DNA of 64,000 bases, from the NCBI GenBank assembly GCA_964509695.1, contig CAZDXN010000001.1:51188-115187 (forward strand), read 5' to 3'. Positions 1-9,278 of this stretch are shown here, piece after piece. The translations under genes and the position numbers were made by a program. The stretch is from an uncultured Pseudomonadales bacterium. GTDB taxonomy: Bacteria; Patescibacteriota; Microgenomatia; UBA1400; MFAQ01. Each line of letters starts with the position of its first letter. Positions within the stretch are counted from its first letter, which is position 1. The notes beneath the pieces were generated by a model, which saw only the letters and a list, made by a program, of their open reading frames with translations, was not told the origin of the DNA and made no database searches.

Positions 1-380
1 TTAGTTTTATCGTCCAACGGGCCACTCGTCTCCTGTTCGGCGTTGACGTCTCTGATACTCAAACAGGCCTAAAGGTCTTCCGTCGCGAGGTCCTCGAAAA
101 GGTTTTACCTCGGTTGGTGGTGAAGCGCTGGGCCTTTGACCTTGAGATGCTTGCCGCCGCCCATAGGCTTGGTTTCACCCGGATTTATGAATCTCCAATT
201 GAACTTCAATTCAACTTTGCTAGCAATATCGGTCTGGGTTCAGTCGTGAACTTCGTCAACGACTACCTAGCCATTTTCTATCGGACTCATCTGCTTCACT
301 ACTACGATGATTCTCACCACGATCTCTGGGCCGACGACCCCGATCTGAAACTAAAGTACACCTCAATAAGTAGCGTCTAA
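1..380 (+). CDS. Glycosyltransferase family 2 (polyprenyl/dolichyl-phosphate sugar synthase-like), 5'-truncated by the window edge
   Basis: Frame is open from position 3 (SFIVQRATRLLFGVDVSDTQTGLKVFRREVL...RWAFDLEML). DTQxGxK and FDxE are typical DPM1/ALG5-like GT2 C-terminal motifs. Confidence 0.8.
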   Translation, partial: SFIVQRATRLLFGVDVSDTQTGLKVFRREVLEKVLPRLVVKRWAFDLEMLAAAHRLGFTRIYESPIELQFNFASNIGLGSVVNFVNDYLAIFYRTHLLHYYDDSHHDLWADDPDLKLKYTSISSV

Positions 381-2027
381 CATTTGTCTGGCTGTTGAAT
401 TGGTAGGATCCAGCCTGAGCGCTTCTCTGAATGCCTCAATTGCCTTTTCTTTGTTATTTCCCGTCACGTAAATTACCCCCAAGATTCTCCAAGACTCGGT
501 GGTGGGGTTAATTTTTATTCCCTTCAAGACTATTTCCTCCGCACCCTTTAAATCATTTTTTTTGACCGAGATAACCGCCAACTGCAGATAAGTCTGCCAA
601 ATCATCGGATTAATTTCCAAAGCTTTGTAATAGTATTTTGTCGCCTCGTCTAATCTATCGGAAGAAAGATAGGCGTTCCCCAAATTGTGGTATGCATAGG
701 AATATCTCGGGTTGATGGTCACCGCTTTTTTAAACTCCTCAATAGCTTTGTCCCATTCTTTTCTTCTCGAATATAGATCTCCGAGATTGTTGTGATTTTG
801 ATCGCTTGACGGAGATATCTTCTCCATCGATAGCCAAAGAGAATCTTCACTTTTCCAATCTCGGTTCCTCACGATTGTTCTTGTTCCTAGTGCCAGCAAC
901 AAAATTACCAAAATTGTAATATTGACGCCTTTCGGAACCTTTTTTCCGATCAACCTCTCATATATCAGAATACTGGTCACGATCAGACCGATCAATCCAA
1001 AGTAGGTATATCTCTCCGCCACGATCCAAGTCACCCCCCAAGGCGTCAGAGTGATGGATATCCCCCAAAAAAACCACATAATCCAAAAGGCAATTCTCTT
1101 GTCGCGAAACCATCCCCAGACCGCCAAAGACACTAATAGAAGTGATATCACGAAGTACCAGACAATCTGAGTTACCGTAAAACTCATTTCCGAGTGATAC
1201 AGGGTCAGTTTGTCGGGCCAAAGGAGCAATGAAAGATAATTGGAGATGGCGACAGGGGCTTGTAGCAGTGGGCTGGGCCGGCTCAGGTCACTCCCCTTGG
1301 TTTCAACAAAGGAGGTAATTCTGGTATTTAATCCAGCTAGGTTAATCAAGGTAAATCCGATAGCAGTTGAATAAAAAACCACCAACCTCTTCCAATTTTT
1401 TCGAAAAGTTCCCTGCAGTATTTCATAGATAGTTAGGATTGGCGCGATACTGATCGTAATTTGGGCAAAACTTAATGAGCCAAGATATGCCAGCCATCCC
1501 CTCCAGTCTGTTTTTACCGACGAACTCTTTAGGTAGAAAAAAACCGCCAGTAGTCCAAAAAACGTCCCCGCAGAATACGGCGCTGCAGATATCCAAACTA
1601 CCCCTTCGGTTAATAATGGGTGAACCGCAAAGATTAGAGCCGCCGCCAAAGCCATCCCAAATCCGGTCAACCCAAGCAGGATAACATAAATCAAATTAGC
1701 CGAGCCGGCATGGAAAAGGACATTGACCAGTCTATAAGGGAGGGGATTGTCGTGAGCTATAAGCGCCGTAAAATACCGGACAATTATGTAAGCGAAGCCA
1801 AAGGGGTTAGCGGCAAGGCTAGTAAACAACTTCGTTTTAAGTGGATTTCTCAAAATTCCGGGAAGGTCATCAGAGACAAAGGCATTGTTAAGGGAGTTAA
1901 TATATACCAACAAAACCGTCATTGTTATTAAGAAAAATACCCACCACTTCATTTCAACCCGCCGCTCTTTAGGTCTGGGCGCCTCAATCTTTAACTCGTT
2001 TTTCTTTTGTCTCTGTTTTTTGCTCAT
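363..2027 (-). CDS. Multi-pass GT-C-type membrane protein with C-terminal TPR repeats (TMTC-like O-glycosyltransferase architecture)
   Basis: First-loop acidic motif FVSDD, FAVHPLLTEGVVWIS, AERYTY, RNRDWKSEDSLW, then TPRs (NHNNLGDLY, AYHNLGNAY). Confidence 0.8.
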   Translation of the reverse strand: MSKKQRQKKNELKIEAPRPKERRVEMKWWVFFLITMTVLLVYINSLNNAFVSDDLPGILRNPLKTKLFTSLAANPFGFAYIIVRYFTALIAHDNPLPYRLVNVLFHAGSANLIYVILLGLTGFGMALAAALIFAVHPLLTEGVVWISAAPYSAGTFFGLLAVFFYLKSSSVKTDWRGWLAYLGSLSFAQITISIAPILTIYEILQGTFRKNWKRLVVFYSTAIGFTLINLAGLNTRITSFVETKGSDLSRPSPLLQAPVAISNYLSLLLWPDKLTLYHSEMSFTVTQIVWYFVISLLLVSLAVWGWFRDKRIAFWIMWFFWGISITLTPWGVTWIVAERYTYFGLIGLIVTSILIYERLIGKKVPKGVNITILVILLLALGTRTIVRNRDWKSEDSLWLSMEKISPSSDQNHNNLGDLYSRRKEWDKAIEEFKKAVTINPRYSYAYHNLGNAYLSSDRLDEATKYYYKALEINPMIWQTYLQLAVISVKKNDLKGAEEIVLKGIKINPTTESWRILGVIYVTGNNKEKAIEAFREALRLDPTNSTARQMLDATY

Positions 2028-3481
2028 TGTTTAGGGGCCTTTATACAATATATCCTAACAATCTCTTCATTACGGCCTGATAGCGACATCAGCTTGAATG
2101 GCAAGAATAGAATCATCCCGATAATCCCCCAAAAAAATCCTTTTCGGAAGCCTCCACTGATCACGGCCAGAGGAAATTCATAACTAGTTGTACCCTGTCT
2201 TTTTATTATCAAACCCGCCTTTTTAATTAACTGTAACCATTTTTTCTTCTTCCATAAATTGACGTGTGTTCTATCAAAGTAGGCAAAATATTCTTTCCCC
2301 AAAAACCTTTCACTCCAGTTTCCAACCAGCGGTACTTCGAACACCAGACACCCGTCGTTTTTTAGACTACCGGACAGTTTAGATAGCGACAGTAGCGGAT
2401 TCTTTAAGTGCTCGAGGACATGAAAGGCGGTGATCAAGTCGTATTTATTTCCAGGCTTGAAATTCTCAATTGTTCCGGCTGAAATATGTTTATTTGATAC
2501 TCTAGGTTCTTTGTCTGTCCCCCAAGCGTCAAACCCGTTTTTCCGAGCCATCAAAACGAAATTTCCATCCCCGCACCCAACATCTAGGAGAGTTTTATGC
2601 CTTGAGCCGGTGGTTCTCAGTACTTCTTGCAGTCTTTGCCTATCGACAAAGTCTTGGACGTATTTATCAAACACCGGTCTTACCCCACCGATTGAATGAA
2701 ATAAGCATAGTGCCAGGCGAAACAATTTTTCAACTCCATTGAAGTTTTTTAGTATCGTCATTAGACGATTCTTCCGTATGTTCAGTTTTAAATCACTGGT
2801 CTTTAGTTTTTTTACCGTCAGTGATCCTTTATGGTAAACCACAGCTTTCGGACAATACCAACACGAACCACCATTTTTTATCGCCCGAATTGATAGATCT
2901 ACATCTTCATAGTGATATTTAAACCATTCATCAAACCCGTTAATCTCCCAAAAGAAGTTGGCATCAATCATAAACACCGTCCCCACGACATACGATAATG
3001 GTCTCGGCCTTTCGTATTGTCCCCGGTCGGCTTCTCCGTGCCCCCGTCCGAAACCCGTTCCCCACAAACTATAAAATCCGCCCGCGTTATCTATCCTCTT
3101 GTCTCGATAGCGGATGACTTTTGGTTGGACCAAATACTTGTTGTTCTTCCCAGTAAACACCACCAAATTGGCGATAAATTTTGGGTCGACGATGGTGTCG
3201 TCGTTTAGGAAAATCAGCTTTTCACCACGGGCCTTAATCGCCCCGAAATTATTCCCACCCGTAAAAAAACGGTTTTCTCCGGCATCAACAACCTTAACCA
3301 ATTTATTTCTGAGATATTTACTTTTGAGAAAACGTGAATCTCTATTGCCCGAACCGTTATTCACTACGATTACCTCGATATTGGAATACGTTGATACGAG
3401 AATCGAATCGAGACACTCTTCCAAATCGATTCCCCCGAAACGCGAACATATTATTAGTGAAATTTTGCCTTGATTAGACAT
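2024..3481 (-). CDS. GT2 glycosyltransferase fused to a class I SAM-dependent methyltransferase
   Basis: N-terminal VVNNGS, FLNDD and YEDVD; C-terminal LLDVGCGDG and FHVLEHL. Confidence 0.85.
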   Translation of the reverse strand: MSNQGKISLIICSRFGGIDLEECLDSILVSTYSNIEVIVVNNGSGNRDSRFLKSKYLRNKLVKVVDAGENRFFTGGNNFGAIKARGEKLIFLNDDTIVDPKFIANLVVFTGKNNKYLVQPKVIRYRDKRIDNAGGFYSLWGTGFGRGHGEADRGQYERPRPLSYVVGTVFMIDANFFWEINGFDEWFKYHYEDVDLSIRAIKNGGSCWYCPKAVVYHKGSLTVKKLKTSDLKLNIRKNRLMTILKNFNGVEKLFRLALCLFHSIGGVRPVFDKYVQDFVDRQRLQEVLRTTGSRHKTLLDVGCGDGNFVLMARKNGFDAWGTDKEPRVSNKHISAGTIENFKPGNKYDLITAFHVLEHLKNPLLSLSKLSGSLKNDGCLVFEVPLVGNWSERFLGKEYFAYFDRTHVNLWKKKKWLQLIKKAGLIIKRQGTTSYEFPLAVISGGFRKGFFWGIIGMILFLPFKLMSLSGRNEEIVRIYCIKAPKQ

Positions 3482-4484
3482 TCTTTAACCAATTAAACCC
3501 CTTGCTTATTAGTTGTCGGGTTCCAATATTTCCAAAAATTATCCTCTCATATTCATTATGATTACCCCCGTTTATTTTCATTCGTCTTCGATAGTCGATC
3601 AACTTGTCAAGATGGACCAAATCCCACCACAAACCTCTGACAATCCAAATAATCATTTTCGTCTCACCAGCAAAACATAGTTTCAAGCAAACGAATCCCC
3701 AGCCCAAAATATGCAAGGGCAACATCCACCACATTTTCGAAGGTGCGTTTTTAATAATGTTGGCAGTGTTATTTTTAGCCCCTTCAAAAAATATTCTGTA
3801 CCTCGTTCGGGCGTTTAAACTGCTTTTTTGGTAGTGTCTCACCCGGGCTTGGGGGCAGTATATGATCTGATATCCCAGCTTCCACACCCGCCAACAGAGA
3901 TCAGTTTCCTCAGCATAGATTATGTAGTTCTCGTCAAATCCGCCAATCCTTTCAAATACCCTCTTTCTTATCGCCATAGCCGCGCTCCTTGCCCCGAAAA
4001 TTAGTCTTTCCTCATTCCAATTTTTTTCATTTTCATCAACGCCTATTTCATAGGGAAAGCCGAAGGGGGACAGAAAATGACCTCCCGATTCAACCCTCTC
4101 ACTATCTTTGGAAACAAGTTTGGCCTGCATTGCGCCGATCTTAGGACTAGACTCAAATTTGTCGGCCGCTATCGACAAAAAGTCTGTTTCAAGTCCGGTA
4201 TCAATGTCCAAAAACACCAAATAACGCCCTCTGGCCTTTGCCGCACCCAAGTTTCTTGACTTCGCTGCCCCCAAATTGGTCTTGTTTTCGATAACAAAAA
4301 CGTTCTCATATCGATCGTACTGACTCAATATTTTTCCTGATTCATCATTGGAAGCGTCGTTGATAACTATGATTTCAATGTCTTTTAAGCCATATTTTAA
4401 TACCGAATCGAGGCATGGTCCGATATAACGTCCCGCGTTGAAACAGGGAATAATCACCGAAATCGATATCTCCTTTTTTTTCAT
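3474..4484 (-). CDS. GT2 glycosyltransferase (rhamnosyltransferase-like)
   Basis: SVIIPCFNA, INDASND, FLDID, GGFDE..YAEETDLCWR. Start moved to the ATG at 4484, just after the upstream gene's stop. Confidence 0.85.
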   Translation of the reverse strand: MKKKEISISVIIPCFNAGRYIGPCLDSVLKYGLKDIEIIVINDASNDESGKILSQYDRYENVFVIENKTNLGAAKSRNLGAAKARGRYLVFLDIDTGLETDFLSIAADKFESSPKIGAMQAKLVSKDSERVESGGHFLSPFGFPYEIGVDENEKNWNEERLIFGARSAAMAIRKRVFERIGGFDENYIIYAEETDLCWRVWKLGYQIIYCPQARVRHYQKSSLNARTRYRIFFEGAKNNTANIIKNAPSKMWWMLPLHILGWGFVCLKLCFAGETKMIIWIVRGLWWDLVHLDKLIDYRRRMKINGGNHNEYERIIFGNIGTRQLISKGFNWLKNV

Positions 4485-4485
4485 G

Positions 4486-5487
4486 TCAATACGGCCTCCC
4501 GGAAAGATAATTTGTAAATTTCCCCCAATACCAGCCAAGGCTTCTCCGATCAATCAAATAAGCATCAATCATATCAGAAGGGACTCCCTCGTTCACTCTA
4601 GCGGAAAGCCCCACAATAACCGCCTTAATAATTGAGATGAACATCCGAAGCTTCCCCTTGATCAAAAAGGAAATTCCGATCAAAAGCCAGGCCACGGTTA
4701 CCGCTAGCAATAATTTCAATTTCAAAAAACCTATAGAATTTTTCCGCAATGTCCAAAGTTGATTCCTCCCCCCCAAAAAACTAGTATTTTGGCCCGACTG
4801 TTCACTTGATTTACTCCCGGAGGAACCAAAAGCATGGCGGAAAGTCAAAAAGGGGCAAAACTTATTTTGAAAGCCTGTATTTATTACCCGCCAAAAATAG
4901 TCAGGTTCCTCCCAATACATATAATAATTTTTATCAAAACCGCCGAGTTTCCGAAATATATCAGTTCTCGCAAACATTGCCGCTCCCTTTCCGGAAAAAA
5001 TAAAAGGGGAGTCGTCGAACTGACCTATGTCCCTTGCACCTTGGGCCATCTCCGCCAAGAATCCAAAGGGACTGATTTTTTCTCCAGCCGAATCAAAAAT
5101 TCTCCCCTTCCACCTTAGTAGCTTAAAAACACCCGCTCCGAGCTGATCCTGTTTAGCCAACCAAGCGCTCAACCCTCTAATATCCGCCTCAATCAATTTT
5201 GTGTCCGCATCAACAAAAATCAACCACTCTTCCTTAACTAGTCTAAGTGCCCGGTTCCTGGCGGCCGCTGGTCCGATATTTTGTCGGTTGGCAATTAGTT
5301 TTACCCGAGCAGACTTTTTTTGCAAGTATTTGACAATCGCCACACTATCGTCGGTCGAGTTATTATCAACGACTATTATTTGGGCAAAGGCCTTATTTTT
5401 CAGCAAAGACCTAAGGCAATCCGTGAGGTAACGCCCGTCATTATAGTTGGAGATAACAACAGAAAAGCGATAATTAACGATAGGCAT
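4486..5487 (-). CDS. GT2 glycosyltransferase
   Basis: SVVISNYN, VVDNNSTD, FVDAD, GGFD..YWEEPD. Confidence 0.85.
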   Translation of the reverse strand: MPIVNYRFSVVISNYNDGRYLTDCLRSLLKNKAFAQIIVVDNNSTDDSVAIVKYLQKKSARVKLIANRQNIGPAAARNRALRLVKEEWLIFVDADTKLIEADIRGLSAWLAKQDQLGAGVFKLLRWKGRIFDSAGEKISPFGFLAEMAQGARDIGQFDDSPFIFSGKGAAMFARTDIFRKLGGFDKNYYMYWEEPDYFWRVINTGFQNKFCPFLTFRHAFGSSGSKSSEQSGQNTSFLGGRNQLWTLRKNSIGFLKLKLLLAVTVAWLLIGISFLIKGKLRMFISIIKAVIVGLSARVNEGVPSDMIDAYLIDRRSLGWYWGKFTNYLSGRPY

Positions 5488-7210
5488 AAATTAAACCGTC
5501 AGGAAATCTTTTAACCTGTATTTTGAAACCATTTTTCCTTAAATAATCAGTTAACTGCTTACAATCATGGTCTTCGTCAAGACGATGATACTCCATTACA
5601 ATACAGCCAATATTCGAAATAACGTTCGGGGGGCAATTTAATAAAATTTCATACTCCGCTCCTTCACAATCAAGTTTAAGTAAGTCGATATGCGGTAACT
5701 TATACCCCTCGACTAATTTTTCCAAAGTTACCGTACGGACAATTTGTTTAGAGAGTTTATCATTCCCAAAATAAAATGAGTGAGCCGCGTGGTTATCGCC
5801 TGAAATTATTAGGTTTCTCCTGCCAGTCAAACCAGCAACTGCGTAGTTCAAAGCAATAATGTTTTTTTTCTTATTCAGTTTTATATTTCTTGATAGCAAT
5901 GCATGGTTCTCTCGTTCAGGTTCCAAAACATATATTCGGCAATCATCATGAACCAGCTCAGATATCTTTAACGCGAAGACACCAATGTGGGCTCCAACAT
6001 CCAAAACCACCCTAAACAATTTTGGATCAAGAAATGGAGGAAAATAAATCTTTCTTATCAATATTTCATCCAATATTCCCAGATCAATTGAGCCCGACCT
6101 AACCGTATACTTAGTACCAGTTTTAGCTTGATATACAATCTGTTTGTTTTTGACTAATCCAAAACAATCAGCATAGAACTCTCGCCAATTTATAAAAGTC
6201 GACTTCACCACTCTAAAGTTAGTCAACAGCAAAGTTAACCAAAATAGCTTTCTTAAACTAAACATTCTGAGAGTACCCGCTACCCCCCCAAGCCAACTAA
6301 TTTGTCCTGTCGATATAGTTTTATAAACCCAATATCCGTTCAGAAAAAATAAGTATAAACCAAATCTCCAAATATGCCCCCACCTAGGTTTGTAAACATG
6401 CTTAAAATAATAGCGAAGAAAATTTTGCATCCTTTCCCCGGCATCATTTCGCCGGGTATAAACACCACCTTGAGAAATGTGGTGATCAACCCGGACCTTC
6501 GAGTTAAACACCAGCCGATTTCCCAAAGTCTTAATTTTCTGGGCCAGATCCAGCTCACACCACTCAGCCACTCCTCTAAAGCTAAAGTCGAACCCCCCTA
6601 CTTTTCTAACCAAAGCCCGTCTGACGGTCATATTGCAGGCTTCCAGATAGTCAACATTGATCAAGCCCTTTAATCTCAGGCAAGATCGGAAATTTGATCC
6701 GGGTGACCAGGCCCCGCTTCGAAAAACCCTCCCCACTTGATACATTCCATTTTCGAGAAAAACCTTGTTCCAGATCTCTCCTAGCCACTTGCTAAATCCA
6801 CTTTTATTGTAGAAAAAAAATATATCGCGTTGTCTCAAAATCTTTGGAGGAATAATTGTCGGTCCACTGACTCCGCCGATCTTACTATCCTCAAAAATTT
6901 CAATAATAGATTTCGCCCAATCTGGTGAAACCACCACGTCATCATCGATCCACGAGACCAATTTCCCCCTTGCCTTTCTCCAGCCAAGGTCGCGTACTTT
7001 AGCCAGCTGCTTCTCTTCGAAAACATAAAATCTGATTAGTAATCTGTTCTTAAACTCATCAACAATCCGTTTGGTTCCGTCGGCTGAGCCGCCGTCAATG
7101 ATAATTACTTCGAACCCCTTATAGCTTTGTTTTGTCAGACTAAGAAGCGTCTTGGCCAACGACGCCGCCCGGTTATAAGTACAAATAACTACCGATAATT
7201 CCAACTTCAT
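5474..7210 (-). CDS. GT2 glycosyltransferase fused to an FkbM-family methyltransferase
   Basis: N-terminal SVVICTYNR, IDGGSAD, WIDDD; C-terminal LDVGAHIG, LEPE and IDLLKLDCEGAE (FkbM signature). Confidence 0.88.
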   Translation of the reverse strand: MKLELSVVICTYNRAASLAKTLLSLTKQSYKGFEVIIIDGGSADGTKRIVDEFKNRLLIRFYVFEEKQLAKVRDLGWRKARGKLVSWIDDDVVVSPDWAKSIIEIFEDSKIGGVSGPTIIPPKILRQRDIFFFYNKSGFSKWLGEIWNKVFLENGMYQVGRVFRSGAWSPGSNFRSCLRLKGLINVDYLEACNMTVRRALVRKVGGFDFSFRGVAEWCELDLAQKIKTLGNRLVFNSKVRVDHHISQGGVYTRRNDAGERMQNFLRYYFKHVYKPRWGHIWRFGLYLFFLNGYWVYKTISTGQISWLGGVAGTLRMFSLRKLFWLTLLLTNFRVVKSTFINWREFYADCFGLVKNKQIVYQAKTGTKYTVRSGSIDLGILDEILIRKIYFPPFLDPKLFRVVLDVGAHIGVFALKISELVHDDCRIYVLEPERENHALLSRNIKLNKKKNIIALNYAVAGLTGRRNLIISGDNHAAHSFYFGNDKLSKQIVRTVTLEKLVEGYKLPHIDLLKLDCEGAEYEILLNCPPNVISNIGCIVMEYHRLDEDHDCKQLTDYLRKNGFKIQVKRFPDGLIYAYR

Positions 7211-7231
7211 GGCTTCTAGTATACTTGAGGC
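7211..7231. promoter_or_regulatory. Putative bidirectional leaderless promoter
   Basis: 21-bp gap between divergent ATGs. The palindrome AGTATACT (7218-7225) gives TATACT on both strands, 6 nt from ATG 7232 and 7 nt from ATG 7210. Confidence 0.6.
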
Positions 7232-8251
7232 ATGTTTGATTACCTCATGCGCCGCGCCAAAGTACTCTACGCCATCTCTCCGTTAATCAGGGCGGTTGTC
7301 CGAAAGATCACCACCTCCTCAACCTACAAATCATTTGTTCAAAATAGAATCAAAGCCCAAATCGCTGACCGTACGGTCCCACTCAATTTAATTATCGAAA
7401 CTTCCAGTTTGTGCAATGCCGCCTGTTTGATGTGCCCGTACCGGTCGCTGAAACGGGCTAGGAAAATCATGGACCGGCCGACCTGGGAAAAGATAATTGA
7501 CCGACTCAAAAAAGAGAAGCTTTTGATCAACAAGGTCTTTTTTAGCGGGATGGGTGAGCCGCTAATCGACCCCGATTTGCTAGATAGAATAAAGCAGGTC
7601 AAAGACCTAGGCTACTACATCAAACTTTACACCAACGCCTCTTGGCTCAAACCGGAAGTTTCTCAAAAATTAATTGATCTAAAAGTAAACGAGATAAATA
7701 TCAGCTTCAATGGCACCAACAAACGTGAATATGAATCGATTATGAAACTGGATTATGACACGACCCTCCGAAACATCGAGTCTCTTCTGAAAATCAAAAC
7801 GGAAAACCATACCGACCAGCCAATTGTCCGCATCTCTTCGGTCCTCCTCAAGCAAAACGAAAAAAATGTCAAAAGCCATCTTGATCGTTGGTCCAAAGTA
7901 GTCAAATCGGTTGGCGTCAGTATCGCCCACGAATGGGGAGGGACAATTTCTGCCAAGACCAGTCATCATTTTGACAAAACCCGAGTCTTCCCCTGTCGCT
8001 CCCTTTGGCACACCATCAATATCGACAGCTGTGGCAACTTCGTCATCTGTTGCCGCGACTACGAGTCAAACTTTGTTTTGGGAAACATTATGACCGACTC
8101 TTTTGCCAAGATCGAGAAAAGCCCGCTTTTATCCAAGTTCCGTTCTCTCCATCTTGGTTACGATCAAAGCAAACTTCCCGAAATGTGTAAACGCTGCAAC
8201 TTCCCATATCAGGAGGGAGTTGAGTGGTTCCTTCCCCGCTCTAGCGATTAA
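7232..8251 (+). CDS. Radical SAM protein with SPASM/twitch domain
   Basis: CNAACLMC (CX3CX2C), GMGEPL, YTNA; C-terminal CRSLW...ICC...LGNI...CKRC. Confidence 0.9.
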   Translation: MFDYLMRRAKVLYAISPLIRAVVRKITTSSTYKSFVQNRIKAQIADRTVPLNLIIETSSLCNAACLMCPYRSLKRARKIMDRPTWEKIIDRLKKEKLLINKVFFSGMGEPLIDPDLLDRIKQVKDLGYYIKLYTNASWLKPEVSQKLIDLKVNEINISFNGTNKREYESIMKLDYDTTLRNIESLLKIKTENHTDQPIVRISSVLLKQNEKNVKSHLDRWSKVVKSVGVSIAHEWGGTISAKTSHHFDKTRVFPCRSLWHTINIDSCGNFVICCRDYESNFVLGNIMTDSFAKIEKSPLLSKFRSLHLGYDQSKLPEMCKRCNFPYQEGVEWFLPRSSD

Positions 8252-9257
8252 GCCTGCGCTTCAGTATTCCCAGATAATTCCACGTTTGCCAATTGATCAC
8301 CGACAGGGCATATATCATCATAATCAACCAACACATCACCGGATGGAGAAACCACGCTGGGTCTCTTCGCTTCAAGTAGCCTCTAACAGCGAATATCGTT
8401 GGCAATACCAAAGTTAGACTATAGAAAACATATGCCAAGATCTTTTTTTGATCTTTCTTTTTGTCATAAAGTAGGTAGCGCCTCCGTGATAAATCCCTAA
8501 GGTACAAGTCCTCCATGTATCGCTTCCGCTTCAGGAAAAACTCGACAAATCCCTCCCCCGAATCATGAATGATATCGTTTTTTACCACGGCGTACTTGCG
8601 ATGTCCCTTTTTGATGAGGTCACAGTTGACGTCAATATGGAAAAAGTGTTTCTCGTCGACCCTAGCCTGATTCAACAACCTTCGCTTAATCAAGAAACCA
8701 TTTGCCCCCAAAGTCGGAATTTCATTTTTGTCAAACTCAACCAAGAAATATTTACCTTTATCACTTACCTTCCCCAGCAAACTCCAATCGTCATCAAGAT
8801 ATGACTGACGATCGGCTCGTCCTAGGAAAAAAGCCACTGGATCATTGGCCCCTATCAGGGCAAAGTAGCGGTTAAGAATTTTATCTCTTTGGTTGTGACG
8901 GTATCTCCAGGTATAACAACCGGTGATTGAGGGCTCGTCCGTCAATACCCCCACCATCGTTTTCAGCCAATTTTTGGTTGGCAAAATATTGTCACAATCG
9001 ATCTCCAAAACGATTTCATTTTTGGCATATCTTAGGGCCACCGCCTTTGCCGATTCCGGTCCGCCCGTTTTTTCCGAAATTACCCTGCCCCCAAATTTCT
9101 TTATTATGTCCACCGTGCCATCAGTCGACCCCCCGTCGGCCACCATGATCTCTACCTTTTTCTGGTCATATATCTGGTTCCGAACACTTTTTAAGGCCCT
9201 TTCCAGAATCGGTCCGCTATTAAAAGTGGCCATGACGACACTCACGGATTTTGTCAT
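8241..9257 (-). CDS. GT2 glycosyltransferase with C-terminal membrane helices
   Basis: SVVMATFNS, ADGGSTD, IDCDN. Paralogous to 40863-41936. Confidence 0.85.
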   Translation of the reverse strand: MTKSVSVVMATFNSGPILERALKSVRNQIYDQKKVEIMVADGGSTDGTVDIIKKFGGRVISEKTGGPESAKAVALRYAKNEIVLEIDCDNILPTKNWLKTMVGVLTDEPSITGCYTWRYRHNQRDKILNRYFALIGANDPVAFFLGRADRQSYLDDDWSLLGKVSDKGKYFLVEFDKNEIPTLGANGFLIKRRLLNQARVDEKHFFHIDVNCDLIKKGHRKYAVVKNDIIHDSGEGFVEFFLKRKRYMEDLYLRDLSRRRYLLYDKKKDQKKILAYVFYSLTLVLPTIFAVRGYLKRRDPAWFLHPVMCWLIMMIYALSVINWQTWNYLGILKRRLNR

Positions 9258-9278
9258 ATCGCTATACTATATCCAACT
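9258..9278. promoter_or_regulatory. Putative bidirectional leaderless promoter
   Basis: Second 21-bp divergent gap (ATCGCTATACTATATCCAACT). TACTAT lies 8 nt before ATG 9279 on +, and TAGTAT lies 6 nt before ATG 9257 on -. Confidence 0.5.

Noticed and set aside
7232-8251. RiPP biosynthesis suggested by the radical SAM/SPASM gene
   Set aside because: No precursor peptide, RRE, peptidase or transporter is nearby, and it is flanked by glycosyltransferases. A sugar-modifying role (BtrN-like) is more parsimonious but unproven.
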